Assembly: GCA_010909165.1 (NCBI GenBank) | Contig: VJWM01000107.1 | Location: 1-64,000, forward strand | Direction: 5' to 3' | DNA from: Anthoceros angustus | Taxonomy: Eukaryota > Plantae > Anthocerotophyta | Length of the DNA stretch: 64,000 nucleotides | Part shown: positions 13,500-27,300 of the stretch, piece by piece | Position numbering within the stretch: position 1 is the stretch's first letter | Layout: every line of letters begins with the position of its first letter | Made by a program: the position numbers and the translations under genes | Notes under the pieces: generated by a model | What the model saw: only the letters and a program-made list of their open reading frames with translations | The model's database searches: none | Told to the model about the DNA's origin: nothing

Positions 13500-16460
13500 A
13501 CGATATCTGTGAAGGGGTGAATATCGAACCCCTTCCGTGATATGAACCCCTTAGCACATTCACACGATTCCCAACAGCGTTTTGGCTCTTTTTAAAAAAA
13601 GGTCGATTTTGTTCCAACCAGTAGGTATTGAGAAAAACTGTTATCGCGAACAAAGACATGAACGCGAGGCGCCGGCCGGCCGGCGCCTTTTCATGATTCT
13701 TTGGAACAAGGGAAATCAAGACATCAATTGCCTCAATGCAGCGGGTCCATAAGTGATTGCGAACTAACAAGCGCAGATGCACATGACATGAGACCACTAA
13801 GCCTACTCCCTAAGGCTAACTTGGGACGTCCGGGTAGAGCAAACTCGAATCCATCACAATAGCGATTTCAATGCGCCCACTTCCTCTTCATCGAGCTTAC
13901 TGCCTCCCCAAGGCCCTAGTGTCTTCGCTAGTCTTGTGTCATCGTTGTCGTGGGAACGCCAAACACTATCCAAGGATTGTTGTCCCTCCTGTAAAGTGCT
14001 CCAGCTTTTGGTCTTCACCGCATGCTTAAGGAAACAACTCGAGCTTGTGGAGTCCTTCTCGATACACACCTCCTTTGCCTGAATTGCGCAAGTCCTCCGG
14101 TGGGCGAAATGTCGCTTCTTCTTCAAGATCGCGTAACCTCATGCCCAAACTTTGTGCAATATATCCCGACACCTCAAGTCGCCTTCTATAGCAATACAAT
14201 TCCGTCGCATAGTAGCCGCCAAGAATGTTGTCCCACTCCCAGAGCATACATGCAAAATCCAATCCCCCTCTCTCGAGAAGGTTCGGATAAGTTTCATCAT
14301 AAGGCCCAGAGGCCTCGTATGGGCAAACCACCACTTGTCTTGGGACATGTACACTGCTTTCTTCACAACCGTATCGTGAGCGATCGACCTCCATTGTTGA
14401 AAGTGCCGTGCATGGCATTGGGCATCATTGGAACTCTATCCTGTGAACCCATCTTTCATTCCCCAACCCATCGTGACATATTCCACGGTTCAACCCACCT
14501 TCATTGTTCATGTTGGTCTTGTCCCATACAAATGAGACCAAGCCCCTTTCTTGCACCACCTTCGCATGGACTCCCCGACGGTGAGCCTCCTCCACACCAT
14601 GCATGACAATCATTCTCAACTCATCGGAAGTTGTTTTCCGCAAAGCTCGCAAAAGCTGTCCATCATCCGCTTGTCAACGTTTGTCCAAGGGCCCAAAAAC
14701 CCCTTGAACGCCCATCACCAGTGTGTATCGGCCCTCTCAAAATCCACGCATGTCTACCACATCTCGGCTTTCCACTTGGTATTGCACTTGCTTATCCGAG
14801 GAGGGCACACTGAACACCTCCAGTCCTTCCTCAAGGTCCTTGTCCGCCAAAGCACGCTGCTCGTCCTCCAGCCCTTTCCAATTGTTCACCTCAAAAATAA
14901 AATGCTGAAAGACATCTGGAAGTTTGGACAAGACCTCAATGTCCTTCAGTTGCTGCGAACCACAAGTTTGTTAATCCAAAGTGGGAATGACTCCTTGCGT
15001 ACAGGCATAGACAGGAAACTCACCTTTCCAGCAAAAGCAGTCTGAAACCGCGACAGCATTTGGTCTGTGGAATGCAACGGATATTCCTCTCTGACCTCCT
15101 CAAATGAAGAGCACCCTGTGCTTGACCATCGCCACTTGTATGACATGAAACTTCTTCCGCGTGATCTCCTCATCCATGCCCTTCAAATCAATCGTGCTTA
15201 ACACCTTTTCCGTCATGCACTGACTGCCGACCGTGACTCTCCACCGTATGCCTTGAACGATTTCCATGGCTTTGCCAACATGTCCTTCACGTACATGGTC
15301 CATTTGCTTCGCCTCCTCAACTTATGCCTTTCCCTTTCTTGCTTGTTCTCACCGGTAGATGCTTCTTGCTCCGGAGTTCTCCAGCCTCCCACTTCGAGAA
15401 AATAGAGTCTACATTGGCCCACACCTTTCCTTCCTGCTTGGCAATGCATAAAATGTGTGTGCGGTTATCCACTTTGTTCTGCTTATACACATCGTCTTTG
15501 CGCCCTTCATCATCCTCAATCAGCCCAAGCACCTTGCATGATTGTACTTCCATGCCATTGTCATCTCAGACCTTCTCGCTTTGCTATCAAAAGCTCATCT
15601 CTTAAGTATCGGACCCGCTCAATGAAGTTCATCTTCTTCCGCTTGTCCGATAGTTGTGATCGCAAGGACTCGCATTTACGGTATAGTAAGCCCGCAATAG
15701 ACATGCGCTTCAACATATTGGAACCTCTTCTTCCCCGGTGATATATCGCATAGATGTTTCATGGTCGCATAAGTGTGGTTCCCACCAAGAACCCCATAAC
15801 ATATTTTTTCCGCCATCTCTTCCACCAACTTGTCGAGGTCATTGCACTCACTTGGATCAATCATACATAGTGGCAATACACCCTCTATCCTCCCTTCGAA
15901 ATAACTCGCCAGATAATTGGCCCATGCCTCCAACCTGCGAATGCGATCCGAATATGCGTCGGGTCGAAGTTCTCCAATTTCACTAGCACTGTCTCCATGA
16001 CAACCTTCTTTCCGTAAGTCAATCCCTTAGTGAGTCAGATCCATCATTCTTCATCCGCTGTCAAAATATGCATGGGAATGCCACCAAACACTTCCTCTTG
16101 TGCCGCGCCTTTTTGATTTCTTTTCTTCCTCGCCTCGTGCTTCCACTGGGTTTCTTCGCACCCTCAGGAATCCAACACCGCAGCAGGCGCTTGCCCTCGC
16201 GCCTCCTATCTCTCCCAGGAGAGGCGGGCCGGGCCGCGCCCGCCTTCTTCCTCCCGTCCATACCGTGTCCCCCCGCACCCACTTCCTCCTCTGCCTCCAA
16301 CGTCGGCACCTCTTCCTGCGGTCCAGTGGAAGGGCTCTTGTGGATGGAGGTATGCCGGCGGCCGGGCGCATATCTCCTTCCCCGGATAAACCGGTTGGGA
16401 TCCGAGTGGCCAAGTCCAGCTGCACTCTTCGCTGGCGCCGGCCGCCGCTACCTCTCGGCA
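13500..16460 (-). pseudogene. ParB-like domain + beta-class N4C/N6A DNA methyltransferase fusion of element B (frameshifted)
   Basis: ParB-like YGVLGGNHTYATM...VYCGL (15676-15933). MTase motifs VSFVWDKTN, RPLGLMMKLIRTFSREGDWILHVCSGSGTTFLAA and RNCIAIEGD (14139-14650). Both outer boundaries are approximate. Confidence 0.75.
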
Positions 16461-18799
16461 TTCACTACATCCGTGCACACTCATAGATGGCCCATGCCAA
16501 GCTGGGTAAAATTGCCGCATCCCTATCTTCGCCCCTGCCCCGAGACTTCATCATCGGAATGTCCCAAGACGTGAATCGGGCCCTCTTCCTCATCGGATGG
16601 GCCAAGTTCGCCTGGAAGTCTGTCTGCCCGCCGCCTTCAACCATTCTTTGATGTGTCGACCCCTTCTCATCGATGCCTCTCCTATGATCAATGACGCCTC
16701 GGTTATCTTCCACAGATTGCCCTTATAAGGGCCATTCCTACCAAAGGTGGTCGGAAAACAAACAAACAAGTTGAATGTTAGTCATCAAAGTCGAGGGTTT
16801 TGAAGTCACAGTCGTTGTTGGAAACTTACGTAGGCGCATGCATTCGCGAACTCTTCCACTATTGCCGAGGTGCACATTTTTGGCGTTGAACTTTGAGGTC
16901 GAGAACATAAGACCAGAAACTCGGGTCCCGGATGACGCATCGAACTCGTATGGCTCGGTGGTGCAATAGCGTGAACTCCGGCCCCCTCGCTCATGTCCAT
17001 GTTTGCCCAGACACCAAATTGCTCTCCGATTTGGCAAAGCCCCGATACCCCATTATCCGTAGTTTTAGCAAGGGGTCCATGCCGCTTTTCAACCTCCGGT
17101 GCGGATCCCGGACTAGCATCCAATTTCCACAATGACAATAGGGTCTATCCGCCACCCTGGATGTGCAGCCTCTCATAGCGAATGGCGACAATTGGTGCAC
17201 CGGATGCTTTGAAGCCTTGCCTCCTCCTTCCCAGCTCCTTGCCCGCCACCGCCTGCTCGCTTGTTTTCCCAAGACATGCTCCCGGATTTTGCTTGCCCAG
17301 AGGCTATATGGCCCCCACCCTCCGAATGTGCCTCCCAAACTTCCTTCCAGCCGCCTTCCTCCGATCGCGGAACCTCGGCGATTTAGCGGATGTCTTGGTC
17401 TCGTGAATCCTTTGCCGCCGCATGGATCGGAGGATCAAGAATCGCCTCGCCAGTCCTTCTTGCTCCGCCTTCCGCTCGCCATCTTTAAGAATGAACTCAG
17501 ATCACAAGACATCACAAATTTGGAAGGCGAAACAATTGTTTCACATGGAAGTAGAACGAACCTCACTCGCAGACCGCCGATTGATGCACCCGAGGAATGC
17601 CCGGCCTGCCTCCCCAACCCCGAGCCCCCGCCTGATAGCCGAAATCCCAGGCCAAGGGAGGATTCGTGGAATTGTGGACTGACACCTCCTCCAAATCGGG
17701 CAACACCGCCAGACACGCCCTCATATTTCCTCAAGGGAAGCGCTACGACGGCAAGTGGCAAGAGAAAACAAATAGTAATTAGGGTTTCCTCCCAACCGGT
17801 ATTTATAGCCCAAAAACATGCCCAATTAACTTATGCCAAGATATATCCATATACCCGATATAAACCACGTGAACCATAACCCTATTGACTTGGGTGATAC
17901 GGGGCACACTCAATGTGGACAATAAAAGCGGAGGACGCGATATGCCGTTAGATATCTCAGATCGTGAACTCCATCATGTCGTATTAGAGGAACATAATAT
18001 CCTACCCATCTATGCGCGACGCCTATCCATAAAGACAATGGCCATCTTCACCATTTTCCTCACACTCGGAGGTCTCTTCCAAGACCCGCCGGCGATGTGG
18101 TTTCAAACGACGCCAGTGTGGTTTCAATCGACGCTCTTCTACAAGTTGTGCGATACCATGTTGCGCCTCACCCACACCCCGCGCGAAGAGGTTTGAGTTC
18201 GCCCTTTTGGAAGGATTACTTGGTTTTCACCCCTATCTTGTTTTCGGATTCTGAGTTCTTAGTGCATCCGGTTGCGGATGAACAATGGGAAGAAGGTTTC
18301 TCTTCACAATGCGTGTTTCCGTAAAGATGGAGAAGCGAGTAGACTGTTGAAGCCACCACCCTCGAACTCGGGCATCCCCCGAGTGCTTTGCCATTCCCAA
18401 AGACGGTTGATAATGAAGGTAGAGGATGATTTTTCCATATGGGAACTGTGGACGCTAGTGTCATCTGTTGTGGGATTTTGATGCATTCTTCCGATATTGT
18501 TGTTCCAGACGCGCGAAGACGCCGCCAGCCTCGCCGCCAACTGGCCCCGCTGGTGTTCCTCCAACACCTAGGAATTTGCCAGAGTCGTTGAGGGAAGCCC
18601 ATCCAACCGACGCTCAAGCTTCCCGAATGTCGGGCGCTCCCCAGATACATCGACGCTGTTGCGGGTTTGTTTCTCGCGGACGTTGATCGCGTCGCCACCG
18701 TTGAGGAAGGTCCCATTGGCGACATGAAGATTCGAGCGTGTTCACCACCGATGCGTCGCTCCTTCCATCCCAAGCCTTTGAGTGAGTCTCAAGGCTCCA

Positions 18800-19560
18800 A
18801 CAAGGGCGCGTTATATCATCAAGAAGAGAAGTTGGAGTGTCGCTATAAAAGCAAGGGATACAATGATCGATTTCAAGAAGCCTTGTTGCATAAAATGTGT
18901 TTGCGGTTGGGGAAAGCGCGATTTCAAGAGCAACGTACCGCTTTCGATGGGGAGACAGAATGAGACATATCTCAGCCTTGTTCACCCATCGGATCCCGAG
19001 GTGATAGGGCGAAAGTGGTGACACATGTCATGGGGGCGACTCCTATGCGCTGCTGCTTGAAGGCTTTTAGAAGAGTACATTGTCTTGGCCACAGGAGGTA
19101 TGAGGAGCTAAAGAGCAGAGTCATTCGGGAATCACCTTGGGATGGATTTGAACCAAACCCAAGGCACACGACGATGCGATGGATGCCCTTTCGTGGATGG
19201 ACAACGCCACGCTTACGAGCGCCAAAAACTTGGATGTTTTAATCACCGACACGTATACAAAGTTGGAAATATGGACCTTGTGCGTCACAAAACTCTAACA
19301 CTCCACGTCATCCATGGTTCTTGAAACCGTGGAGAAGCAACTTCCCAACAAGAAAAATCAAGTCCAACAGTTTTCAACATGCTCGCTTATGCAGTCTCAA
19401 GAGCACTATCAGAACACAATGCACAAGGAAGATCAAGGTAATTTGCACCAATGTGTCCTCCATGAGGTTGTTCACCGCTATGGATTTGTTGACTACCCCG
19501 ATGGAGCGGATGTGCTCTTCCAATACCACCTGCTCATATGAGATGCATGTATGCATGTTC
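18800..19560 (+). pseudogene. N-terminal part of the element B transposase
   Basis: Cys-containing segments KPCCIKC, RCCLKAFRRVHCLGHRRYEEL and LKPWRSNFPTRKIK resemble the N-terminal region of DUF7869/Sola1-type transposases. Confidence 0.55.
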
Positions 19561-19619
19561 TATAACGTTTTGTGTTTGGTTTCCAAACGAAGGCTTAACA
19601 TGGGCGCCGCCCTATTTAG

Positions 19620-22600
19620 TGGTTTCCACGACCACGAAGCCGCTTGCTCACCCCCCCAATCGAGAGGCAGATTGAAGGCGCCACGGCCGCCTTCCCAAAT
19701 CCGGAAATGTAACTGGAGTGTGGATGGCGGCCGCCCCGGGCCCCAAATCCAAATGTGGGAGATTGGAGGGCGCGGCCGGCGCCCCACCTCCCCCGCTCCC
19801 TCTCTTATCTCGCCATGTATCCCCATGATGAGCGTCGCAAATAAGCATTCTGCATGTGAGGAAGTTTTGTTAAGGTCGGCGATGTCTGCTCATTTGGAGG
19901 GCCTAACGGATGCCGCTTTTGAGGATTTCTTATATTTCGACTAGGACATTTGTTTGTGGCATGTAGAAATTTCAGTCGCTTTGGAAGCACACTGCGCGGC
20001 GCCTCCAGAGCGGAGAAAATGTCTAAACACAGAGCAAGAGCTATGTGGAGCCACATATGCATATGTCCAGGGAGGTTCTCTTGACCCCAACCCTCTTTCT
20101 AGCGCTACACTTATCCTAATCGCTGGTTCAGACAAGAGGTTTCGCTCCCACAAGGAGTGGGGAGCCCTTCCTCGCACGATGGAGGGTGCCTCCCCGACCG
20201 ACCTCTCCGACTTCATCGACCTCCCGCAGCGCCGATCGACTAACCGCCTCCTACCGCCCGGTGACCCACCCTGAAGTCACACTACCCCACGCCACGATGA
20301 CTCTGCCTGGACTCGCCGCGAGAGGCACCGCCTAATCTAATGCCACCTTGGGACCCCCAAATCACCGTGACAAGGCAATCCTCCCACCAGCTCCTACACT
20401 CCCTAAGACCCTTCTCACAAATTTGGGGCCTCAAGCTCTTATCCACAGCCCCTTGAAATTTCAAATTTCCCCTCTCTTTTCTAGGTTTCTTCCTCCTCTC
20501 TTCTCTTTTTGTCTTTTTTCTTTCTCTTGCTCCTTCCTTCTCCTCTCTTGCTCCTATCCTCTCTAGCTCCTCTCTCGCCTCTCTCTCTCGCCTCTTCTCT
20601 TTCTTTCTCTTTCTCCTCTCTTCTCCTCTCTTCTCTAATCTACCTCTTCCACTCTTCCTAGCTAACTATCAGCCCTCACAGCCTCCCGGCAGCGCCTCGA
20701 GATCATAGGGGGCGGTGCCCTCACGGACCTAGGCGGACATTTGGCTGCAAGTGGCGTCCGCGTCTTTGGATTTTGCTAGGGGTCTTCCTTCACGGTCATG
20801 CCGTCACTTTGCCCACCTGCCGCTCCCTCACGCTCGAAGCTGCCCCTCCGGAAAGAAAGGTTTGGGCCCCGCCTCACCACAGTCACCGCACCTCAAGACC
20901 CTACCAGACACCATGCACCCTCACACGGTCGGCACGCACGCTTGTGTAGCAAAACAAGCACACACAGGTCAGGAGAGCAAGGCATGACATTTTATTATGG
21001 GAGCTCCTCCCCCTCTTATAGGAGCTCCCCCAAACCCTAGCATTAATTAAGTCTGGTGGGGTAGGTGGGGTTGCTTACGGTTTTTAAGTAGGTGGCCTCT
21101 TAAAAGGTTCTTAACCTACCTCCTAACAATCCCACTAACCCCCTAGGGGTCTTAATGACCCATTCACTCCCCTACCAACTATCTGCCTACTTCTTCTTGG
21201 CGTTGGCATGGCGGGCCAACCACCATCTTCCTCCTCTTGGCTTGGGGGTTGTCAGGATCTCTTCACTCGTCGGGACAGAACCTCCACACTGTCTCGGCGA
21301 TCTTGATTGATGGTGGGCGCGCCCCCTCTTGCAGGCGCTCTTGTAGAGGCACCGCCTCTGTAGCCATCTGTCTTGCCCCTTACCTTGGCGGTTGGGTGTT
21401 GGTGCAGCTCACATCCTGAGACACCCCCCCACCAACTCTGGAAATCTCTTCCTCTTCCATTGGCTCCTCCCACATTGAGCCTTCGCATCCATTTCACTCT
21501 CCAAGTCCCGAATCTCCGGGTTGAGGGCTTCCAAAATCTCCTTCGTGGGGACCCAACAACTTCCTTGTCAACAAGGCGCATCTCCTTGGCGAACTTGTTG
21601 ACCCTAGCATGTAAGTGGACCTGCATCTCCTGGCCCTTCAAACAAATCTCATCAAATTCCTCAGGCCACTCTCCGAGGCTATCTTACCATAGCATCCCTC
21701 TCAAGCGTCACCTCACTCAAAAGGCGAGTGACATTTCAGCATCTCTCTTCCATGCCTCCGGTATCCCTTGCGCCATGCATAATCGGCTGGGCGTTGCTTC
21801 TGACGACGGCACGATGCATCATTTTCCTCCGGTGGGCTACCTCTTCCTTCCACCGCTGGTCACCTCCGTTGCTTGCTTTATGAGCTCCTCACGCTCCTTG
21901 CTCCATGTGGCTGTCCTTCCTCCGGCTCCTTGAGCTTGGCCTCGATTCTTCATTCTTGGCTTGGCGGCCTCGGCCTCCCGGGCAGTCTTCATCGTCCCTA
22001 TTCTCCTTCTCGGCTGAAGAGTTCTTCTTGCCACTCCTTCCCACATCGGACAGTCTCCTCAATCTTCTGGTTGAGGGTAGCCACTTCCTTCATTCGCTCC
22101 CTACTTTCTTGTCTCGCCTGTTCTTCAATCTTGAGCCCCAACCTTCTCTCCAGGTCAACTAGGCGCCCCTTTGCCAACGCCATCTCCTTGATAGCCTTGC
22201 TATCCTTCTCCCCACTGTAGGGCAATCGCTTCGGCTGTCCTGACGACAGCTCTCACCTCCAACTCCTCTACTTCCTGTAAGGCTTGCTTCACTAATGGAG
22301 TGTCAATTAGCTGACAGATGGTCAGCAGATCCTTCAAAGCCTTTGTCTTCTCATTCCCCTCACAGGGTTGACTCATGCCTTTCTCTTGGTGGCGGTCTCT
22401 CCACTCGGTCGATGTTGGGTGGAACTCCTGACTCGGTCATCTCACAGGGTGGGTTAGTTCCACCACCGCTCCATGGGGTTGCCTCAGACACATGGTGGCA
22501 CGCCACCTCTTCCTCTTGTGCCCTTGTCTCCCCACAGGCGCAGGCACTTCTCCTTCCTTGGCGTCAGACGCCGGGGTGGTCTCATCATCCAAGATCACCA

Positions 22601-24345
22601 CCTGAGGTGAAGCACTCCCTTGCTCCACCTTGGGTTCCTCCTCTGCCTTCTTCACCTTCTTAGGGAGAGGGACCCCTGTACCGTCCCTCAGAGGGACCAC
22701 TTCAAACGGCTGGTAAGACTCCTCCAGCTCTTCTTCCGTCAGTAACCCATGTGCCCCCCATAATTGCACAAGGTAAGTACTCAAATGGCTATGTCTCGCC
22801 CCCTCATTGTCCACAATGTTTGGCCTCAGCAGCTTGTCTCGGTGATGCTCATAGGCCCGTGACATGGTCCCCGGTCGGTGAGCTCCTTGCTTGACTTCCA
22901 CATGAAATGAAAGAATGCCTTCTTGAAGTAGGTGGTTGGCAGTCGCCCAAAACTATCCTTGTAAAAAGCTTCCACTTGAGGTCAGCAATCTTATCATCCT
23001 CCGGCCATTCAGCGTCTTCGCGTCTACCCCTCCGATGAGCATGCTGAGAGCTTCCTCAGGAAGGTCACCACCACTGCTCTTTTTCCATCTTCATTCCTCT
23101 CAGTGGGAGCCACACCATCACTTTCGGCCTCCCATACACCTTCGAATGTCTTTGGGCGGTCCATCCCTTTGGATCTGTCCCGTCCGTCGGTCCTCTGTTT
23201 CTCCCTCGTCGATTCGGTGCTGTAAGACTCAACCAATTCCACATTAGAATAGGCCCAATGCCTATCGTAAACCCAGCTGCACATTTTGTGACAGCCTTAA
23301 TCCCATAAGTCTGGAGGAGACTTGCAGCTCTACAAAATCCTGGCCCCTCCTTCTCGGCGATCCTTCTCGGGCTTCTCCTTCGCTTTTCTTCTTCTTCTCC
23401 TTGGGCAGTCGCTCCCTCCTTCTTCTTTGGGCGCCTTGCGCACTCCTCCGGGCATTGCGCGTCTTCATCTCCGACTTACGGGCGGTCGATCTTCTCAAAA
23501 ATCCTTCCTGCATCGGTCGATTTTCTCCTCAAAATTCTTCTAAGTGTTCTCTTGGTCATCCCGCTTCCTCATCGCTCCGTCCTTGATCCTCGACCAACTC
23601 AAATGAGCTAAACACTCCCCTCTTACATATATAGGGTGAGGAGGATTTTCCACACCCAAAGGCCAAGGACGAAAATTTCCCTGTCCAGAAGGCCAAGGAT
23701 GGAATTCCTCCAGGCCAATTTCCCATTGCCAAAGACCAAGGAAGAAAAATCAGCGAGACATGCAAAAGGTCGACCACGCCACGTCATGACCCTAACCCGC
23801 CGGTTCGTCTTCCGTCTGTCCGAAACCCTCCGAAGGCCGAGGACAGCGCCTGATTTCCTCCTCCGAGCGCCAAGGACTTTTCTGCTATATATGCATGCAT
23901 GCGCTCCCTCCTTGGTGTTGTTGTGCCTCTCCTTCTCCTCGCGCGCTGTCACATCGCTCGCTCACCACCTCAACCTCGCGCGCGCAATTGCGCGCTTTCG
24001 CAGCTTCGAGACCCTCTCGTGCGTCTTCCGGTGGAGTAAGAACCTTACTCTGCATGTCGTTCAGGAGTGACTGGCGCCGCCGCCACGAGGCCCGGCACCA
24101 ACCCTCCTTTTGCGAGGTTCGGCCTTGCCTCCTACCTCCGTAAGTTCTTCCAACCCTCTGTCCGGACCTCCCGTGGGACCTCCGTCCCCTTCGTTGGACC
24201 CGTTTTGAATCCGTTTTCCTCCATCCATCCGGTCGGTCCGCTGTCTTCTCCATCTCACTCTTCGTTCTTTGTCTTCCGTCGGTGATCTGTTGATGAAAAA
24301 GAAAAATAAAGAAAAATGAAACCTAACTAATATGAACAAAACTAG
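19620..24345 (-). mobile_element. ~4.7 kb insertion splitting the element B transposase; probable LTR-retroelement accessory-ORF remnant
   Basis: Transposase-like sequence stops at ~19600 and resumes at ~24365. The interval has decayed minus-strand ORFs with coiled-coil (EEQARQESRERMKEVATLNQKIEE) and HLSTYLVQLWGAHGLLTEEE segments. No termini or TSD were resolved. Confidence 0.45.
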
Positions 24346-24364
24346 GAGGCATCCGCCTCTGTTC

Positions 24365-27300
24365 TAACCGTGGACCCAAAATTTGGCGTTCCACACTGCT
24401 GTTCATAGATGGAATGGACCAGAAAAAGACAGAGATTCCTCATCTTCTCCGGTGGCCGAAAAACCTCGTGAGAGGTGTCGTATTCGATTACGTGGTTGGG
24501 TGTATGATTCACAACTACACGCTGGCGAGCCTATTTGCATTATCGCAATTCTGAAGCAGCCGAATCGACCATCACCATCATTCAGGACGTTATACATAAT
24601 TAGGAGGGGGTGCTGCCAAGAGTTTTGTATTTGCAACTGGACAACACATGCAGGGAGAACAAGAACCAGCTGCTTTTTGCATATCTGAACATGCTTGTTG
24701 ATATGGGTACTTTTGAAAAAGTGAAAGTGGGATTTCTTTTGGTCGGGCATACGCATGATCAAATCGACCAGATGTTTTCTTGCTTCTCCAAAAGCTTGAA
24801 ACATAAAGAAGCTCACACCCTGCCCGCATTGTCAGAGATCTTGATGCATGCGTACACTCGTCACAGGTAAAGATATTGGTAAGTGGCGGACTTCGGTCAT
24901 ATGTGTGGCCTATTAGACAAGGCGAGAGGCCTCACTTATGGAGCTACGAAAGAGATTGAACAACTTATCGCTCCAGACCCGCTTAAAATAACGTGAAGAG
25001 AAAGCGGATCGGGGTTTGTGATTATCGAGCAAGCGATTCCACCAAGACAATGGGAAACGGAAGGGGTTTGAGTTTCAAATTTGTCCTTCCGACACTATGT
25101 AACAAATGGCTTTCACGTGACCGCCAAGGGATAAAAGGAACACAGTGACATTATCACCAATCGCAGCCATTGCCCATCTTAAGGATGGTCTTTCGAACTT
25201 AGGCCTTATGTGACATCACAGAGTTTTATGGTGGGAAGCTCGTTGGACCAAGAGGAGATTGTTGTTATTGTCCAAAACAACATTGGCCTTGTGCTACGTA
25301 ATCCTTGGAAATGGTACTCAAGATCGGAAGTGGATGCACAACCTCTCCATGTTCCGGATGTGGCAAGGCCGGAGGAGGCATTGCTAAGGGACCTCCCACA
25401 ACGAGATATGTATTTGGGAGCATACCAAACACGGGAGGCAAATAAAGTGAAATGGCACGGTGGAATGGTGATATCGCGGAAATAAAGACAGGGATGTTTG
25501 TTGTTCCGGACACGACACGAATAATGCACCCTTTTGGATTGGGAAGATCACTGCTCAATTGCATCGCCATGACCTCACTTCCTTGTTCATTGGTACGTAA
25601 TCGAACACAATGATGCAAAGGGAAGTACGAGAAGAATATTTAATCGGAGGGATGCCACAGACTGCGAGCAATGCGGGAAAAGGGGCGAAATCCATCCATC
25701 AAAAAATATCCAAAAGGTTTTTGTTCACTAAATCACATCCTCTATTATGGGTTCACATTGACTACGCGGAGACACTTGTACTGTAGATAAGAAGGCAATC
25801 AAAGAGAAGTTCATTGAGTTGAGAGGCTTCATTCAACCAGTGAAAGTCCCACCGAGGATAGTGAAGATGATGGTCATGATGCCGACCCAAATAAGATGAT
25901 GGAGTGGCGTCGAGAAGAGTAGAAAGCCCTCGAATGTTATGTCATCTTGCGGGGCGATCTTGGGAGGCTATTCGTGTACCTCAAATCCTGCAGTTTGGAG
26001 TGCACATTTGACATATGTCTCAAAAGAGTGTAGGCCCATGATAGAATATTGTTGTTCTGCTTCTCAGATAATGTGACGCTACATGCTATAGAATTTTCAA
26101 GGCAAGCCATTTCCTTTACAAGCGGTAGGACATGGAGGAAGTATAGTAGTTAAGGGCTTGGCATTCGGCATATTGGCGAGCAACACATGTAGACCGCCGC
26201 ATGTTTGAAAGGATATGATTCATGAACTACCGCTCAACGCCTTCGCTTGCCGATTGCTTTTGGGTCTTAACAAGGTGATTATATTTTTGGGCTCAATTTA
26301 TGGTGTGCAAGCCACCCACTCACCCCAACATAGAGTCTTTGTGTACACACACAAGCAGGGCTTACCCGCCTTTTCCCAATAGTCGAGCAAACAGGAATGG
26401 CTGACTCCCTCAAACATCGTTCCTAAGCAATCAGTCAATCTCATCCAATTTACATCATTCTTTTATGAATGTTAAGGGTTTTCAAGGAAGACAGAAGGCG
26501 TGAGAATGGTCCTTCACATGGGTCTTAAATGCACCCAAATAGGGTTACCTGCACCTAACCCTTCTCCTGCAAGCACGGACCTCATGTCAATGGTTCACAA
26601 GATGTTCACCCTTCTTTTCCTTATATTCATTCATACCTCTATAACCACGAGTTGAAGACCCATGTCAAACCCCTTCGTGGGATATTTCCGTGAAACCCCT
26701 TCGTGAATATTAACCCCTTCACAAGATATCGTGGTTCGGTTGTAGTCCCATGAACAATCCATAATCCAATCTCCTTCTTTGGAGAATATTTTTGATGAAC
26801 TTCATCATCAACGAAGATCTTTGACGCACAAAACTGGTTTTGAGACATGTACATGCTTTCACCATAACAGGTTACGGTGTCAATGTGAGGATCGTATTGT
26901 TAAAAGGTTCATATATTAGCAAGTCGCTTGCTTCGAAGCCGCTTTTCCTTCACACGCACTGTGCCACCGTTATGTATCCATCTATCTCAAATCCACCTGC
27001 TATTACTCATGTTCGGTCAAACGTATGATACCATACCACCCCACATAATCACATGCACTCTCTCACGAGGTAAAGATATTGACCTAAGTGGCAGACTTCA
27101 TCATATGTGTGGCCTATTAGACAAGGCCGAGAGGACTCACTTATGGGCGGTCAGAAGAGATTGAACAACTTATCGCTCCAAAGACAGCTTTAAAATAACG
27201 CGTGAGGAGAAAGCGGATCGGGGGTTTGTGACGGTTATCAAGAGCAAGCAGTATTCGACCTCGCCACAATGGGAAACGGAAGGGGGTTTGGAGTTTCTGA

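Larger units (their letters stand above)
8676..13735. repeat. ~2.5 kb tandem duplication (8676-11253 / 11254-13735) spanning the gag-protease remnant and the left ends of elements A and B
   Basis: Both copies start TATATAAGGGAGCACACTATACTCATTAGG and end GACATCAATTGCCTCA. They differ mostly by small indels. Confidence 0.9.

Noticed and set aside
13500-16000. Bacterial contamination or a restriction-modification system
   Set aside because: The MTase lies within eukaryotic TIR elements nested in a gypsy remnant and contiguous with intron-containing plant genes. No endonuclease partner or operon is seen.
23885-24253. RNase H-like fragment (GLEAAKARNCAREVEVVS)
   Set aside because: Resemblance is limited to one short segment, and the other catalytic motifs are not seen.
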